Shown: one piece after another, positions 63,243 through 64,000 of the stretch
Layout: each line of letters opens with the position of its first letter
How positions within the stretch are numbered: position 1 is the first letter of the stretch
From: a virus
Taxonomy: Duplodnaviria > Caudoviricetes
Direction: 5' to 3' (one strand)
Length of the DNA stretch: 64,000 nucleotides
Virus record (IMG/VR): IMGVR_UViG_3300030376_004742
Location: 19,900 to 83,899 of that record
Notes under the pieces: model-generated
What the model saw: only the letters and a program-made list of their open reading frames with translations
Databases searched by the model: none
Told to the model about the DNA's origin: nothing
Made by a program: the position numbers and the translations under genes

Positions 63243-64000
63243 TTAATAGTCACCTATTTGAGTTCCTGAGACTTCTTGAATTGCTTGGTTTACTTCAGCA
63301 ACAGTATTAAATGCTGGCTCATTATTAGCATTTGTTAGTTTAATTCCATTAGTGATTACTTCATACTGAGATCCAATTTTTTTAACATTGTACAGACCAG
63401 GTTTATCCATTGCTTCTCCTGTTCCAGAAACGATTGGTGTACTTAATACAAAACTCGTAGCTCTATCTCCTGCAAAACGATCTAATTTTTGTCTAATATC
63501 TTGACCCCATAATTGAATTGCATTATTTAAAGCCACTTGATACTCTGTTGATCTTCCTTGTGTCTTCATTGCTTGAGCTGTATTATATTGCTCTTGAGCA
63601 AACATTCTAGTAGTCAGTTTTCCAGCATGACCCATTTTAATTGCCGTAGCAGGGATTGTTACTGTTTCAAACTTAGGATTACCATTACCATCTACTGCTT
63701 GTTCATCTTCAACCATTACTGGTCTTCTTACTTGAACTGACCCGTTAATACCAATATTTCCCATACCCGGCATATTAGCATTTGTGATGCTATTTCCTGA
63801 AAACTCTACGACATCTCCAACTATTGGATTACCATTACTATCCATTAAGTTATAGTTTTGTAAGTTTGAAGGAATATCTTGATTAATTGCTGCCATTACA
63901 GATTTGTTATCTGTACGCACAGTAGATCCTTGAATCTGTACATTACTAATAGTTCCTGGTTTTTGGTAATTTTTAGCCCATAAAGAATTTGTAGCTTCAT
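63243..64000 (-). CDS. Partial virion/cargo protein (5'-truncated by the window edge)
   Basis: The frame of the 63243..63920 ORF stays open up to 63998 (EATNSLWAKNYQKPGT...), so the GTG start is probably internal. Confidence 0.7.
   Translation of the reverse strand, partial: EATNSLWAKNYQKPGTISNVQIQGSTVRTDNKSVMAAINQDIPSNLQNYNLMDSNGNPIVGDVVEFSGNSITNANMPGMGNIGINGSVQVRRPVMVEDEQAVDGNGNPKFETVTIPATAIKMGHAGKLTTRMFAQEQYNTAQAMKTQGRSTEYQVALNNAIQLWGQDIRQKLDRFAGDRATSFVLSTPIVSGTGEAMDKPGLYNVKKIGSQYEVITNGIKLTNANNEPAFNTVAEVNQAIQEVSGTQIGDY

Noticed and set aside
48883-63740. Short plus-strand or alternative-frame ORFs inside the giant cargo genes (48883, 50716, 51583, 51695, 59779, 62847, 62912, 63558)
   Set aside because: Shadow ORFs of the long minus-strand genes.
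1-64000. Stop-codon reassignment (TAG/TGA), common in gut crAss-like phages
   Set aside because: All large genes, up to 2829 aa, are intact in code 11, and TAG and TGA are used as real stops (e.g. 21385, 19043).

Overview
This is a 64-kb AT-rich fragment of a crAss-like (Crassvirales-related, phi14:2-type) phage that uses the standard genetic code. The host is most likely a Bacteroidota/Flavobacteriaceae species, based on TTG-N19-20-TAnnTTTG promoters, a Gln at +1 after a signal peptide, and a lipoprotein with a C-N-K-E-E export signal. There are three blocks. (1) 1-15.2 kb, minus strand, late/morphogenesis: auxiliary capsid-like protein, ring protein, major capsid protein, scaffold-like protein, portal, TerL, putative TerS, GroEL plus a GroES-like protein, IHF/HU-like and HTH proteins. 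(2) 16-45.5 kb, plus strand, early/middle: many small membrane or secreted ORFs, an SPL-like radical SAM protein, PolA, SF2 and DnaB-like helicases, an AAA ATPase, primase, RusA, lysozyme, amidase, 5'-3' exonuclease, class II RNR, a PspC-domain protein and a DUF5664-like nucleotide hydrolase. (3) 45.7-64 kb, minus strand: giant virion cargo proteins, including a 2829-aa virion RNA polymerase with a DFDID motif. The most striking feature is an apparently complete phage-encoded ubiquitin-like conjugation cassette at 33.6-37.3 kb: a beta-grasp Ubl ending in -KSG-K, an E2-like protein with HPH and Cys, a JAB/JAMM protease and a ThiF/E1 enzyme. The window also holds many intergenic RNA-structure candidates (a ~600-nt structured region at 15.4-16.0 kb, a strong pseudoknot at 29.35 kb, a three-way junction at 37.28 kb), iteron-like repeats at 17.4 kb and a fixed-distance TAACC motif before early genes. 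All protein calls come from motif recognition by eye; no database searches or folding programs were run.
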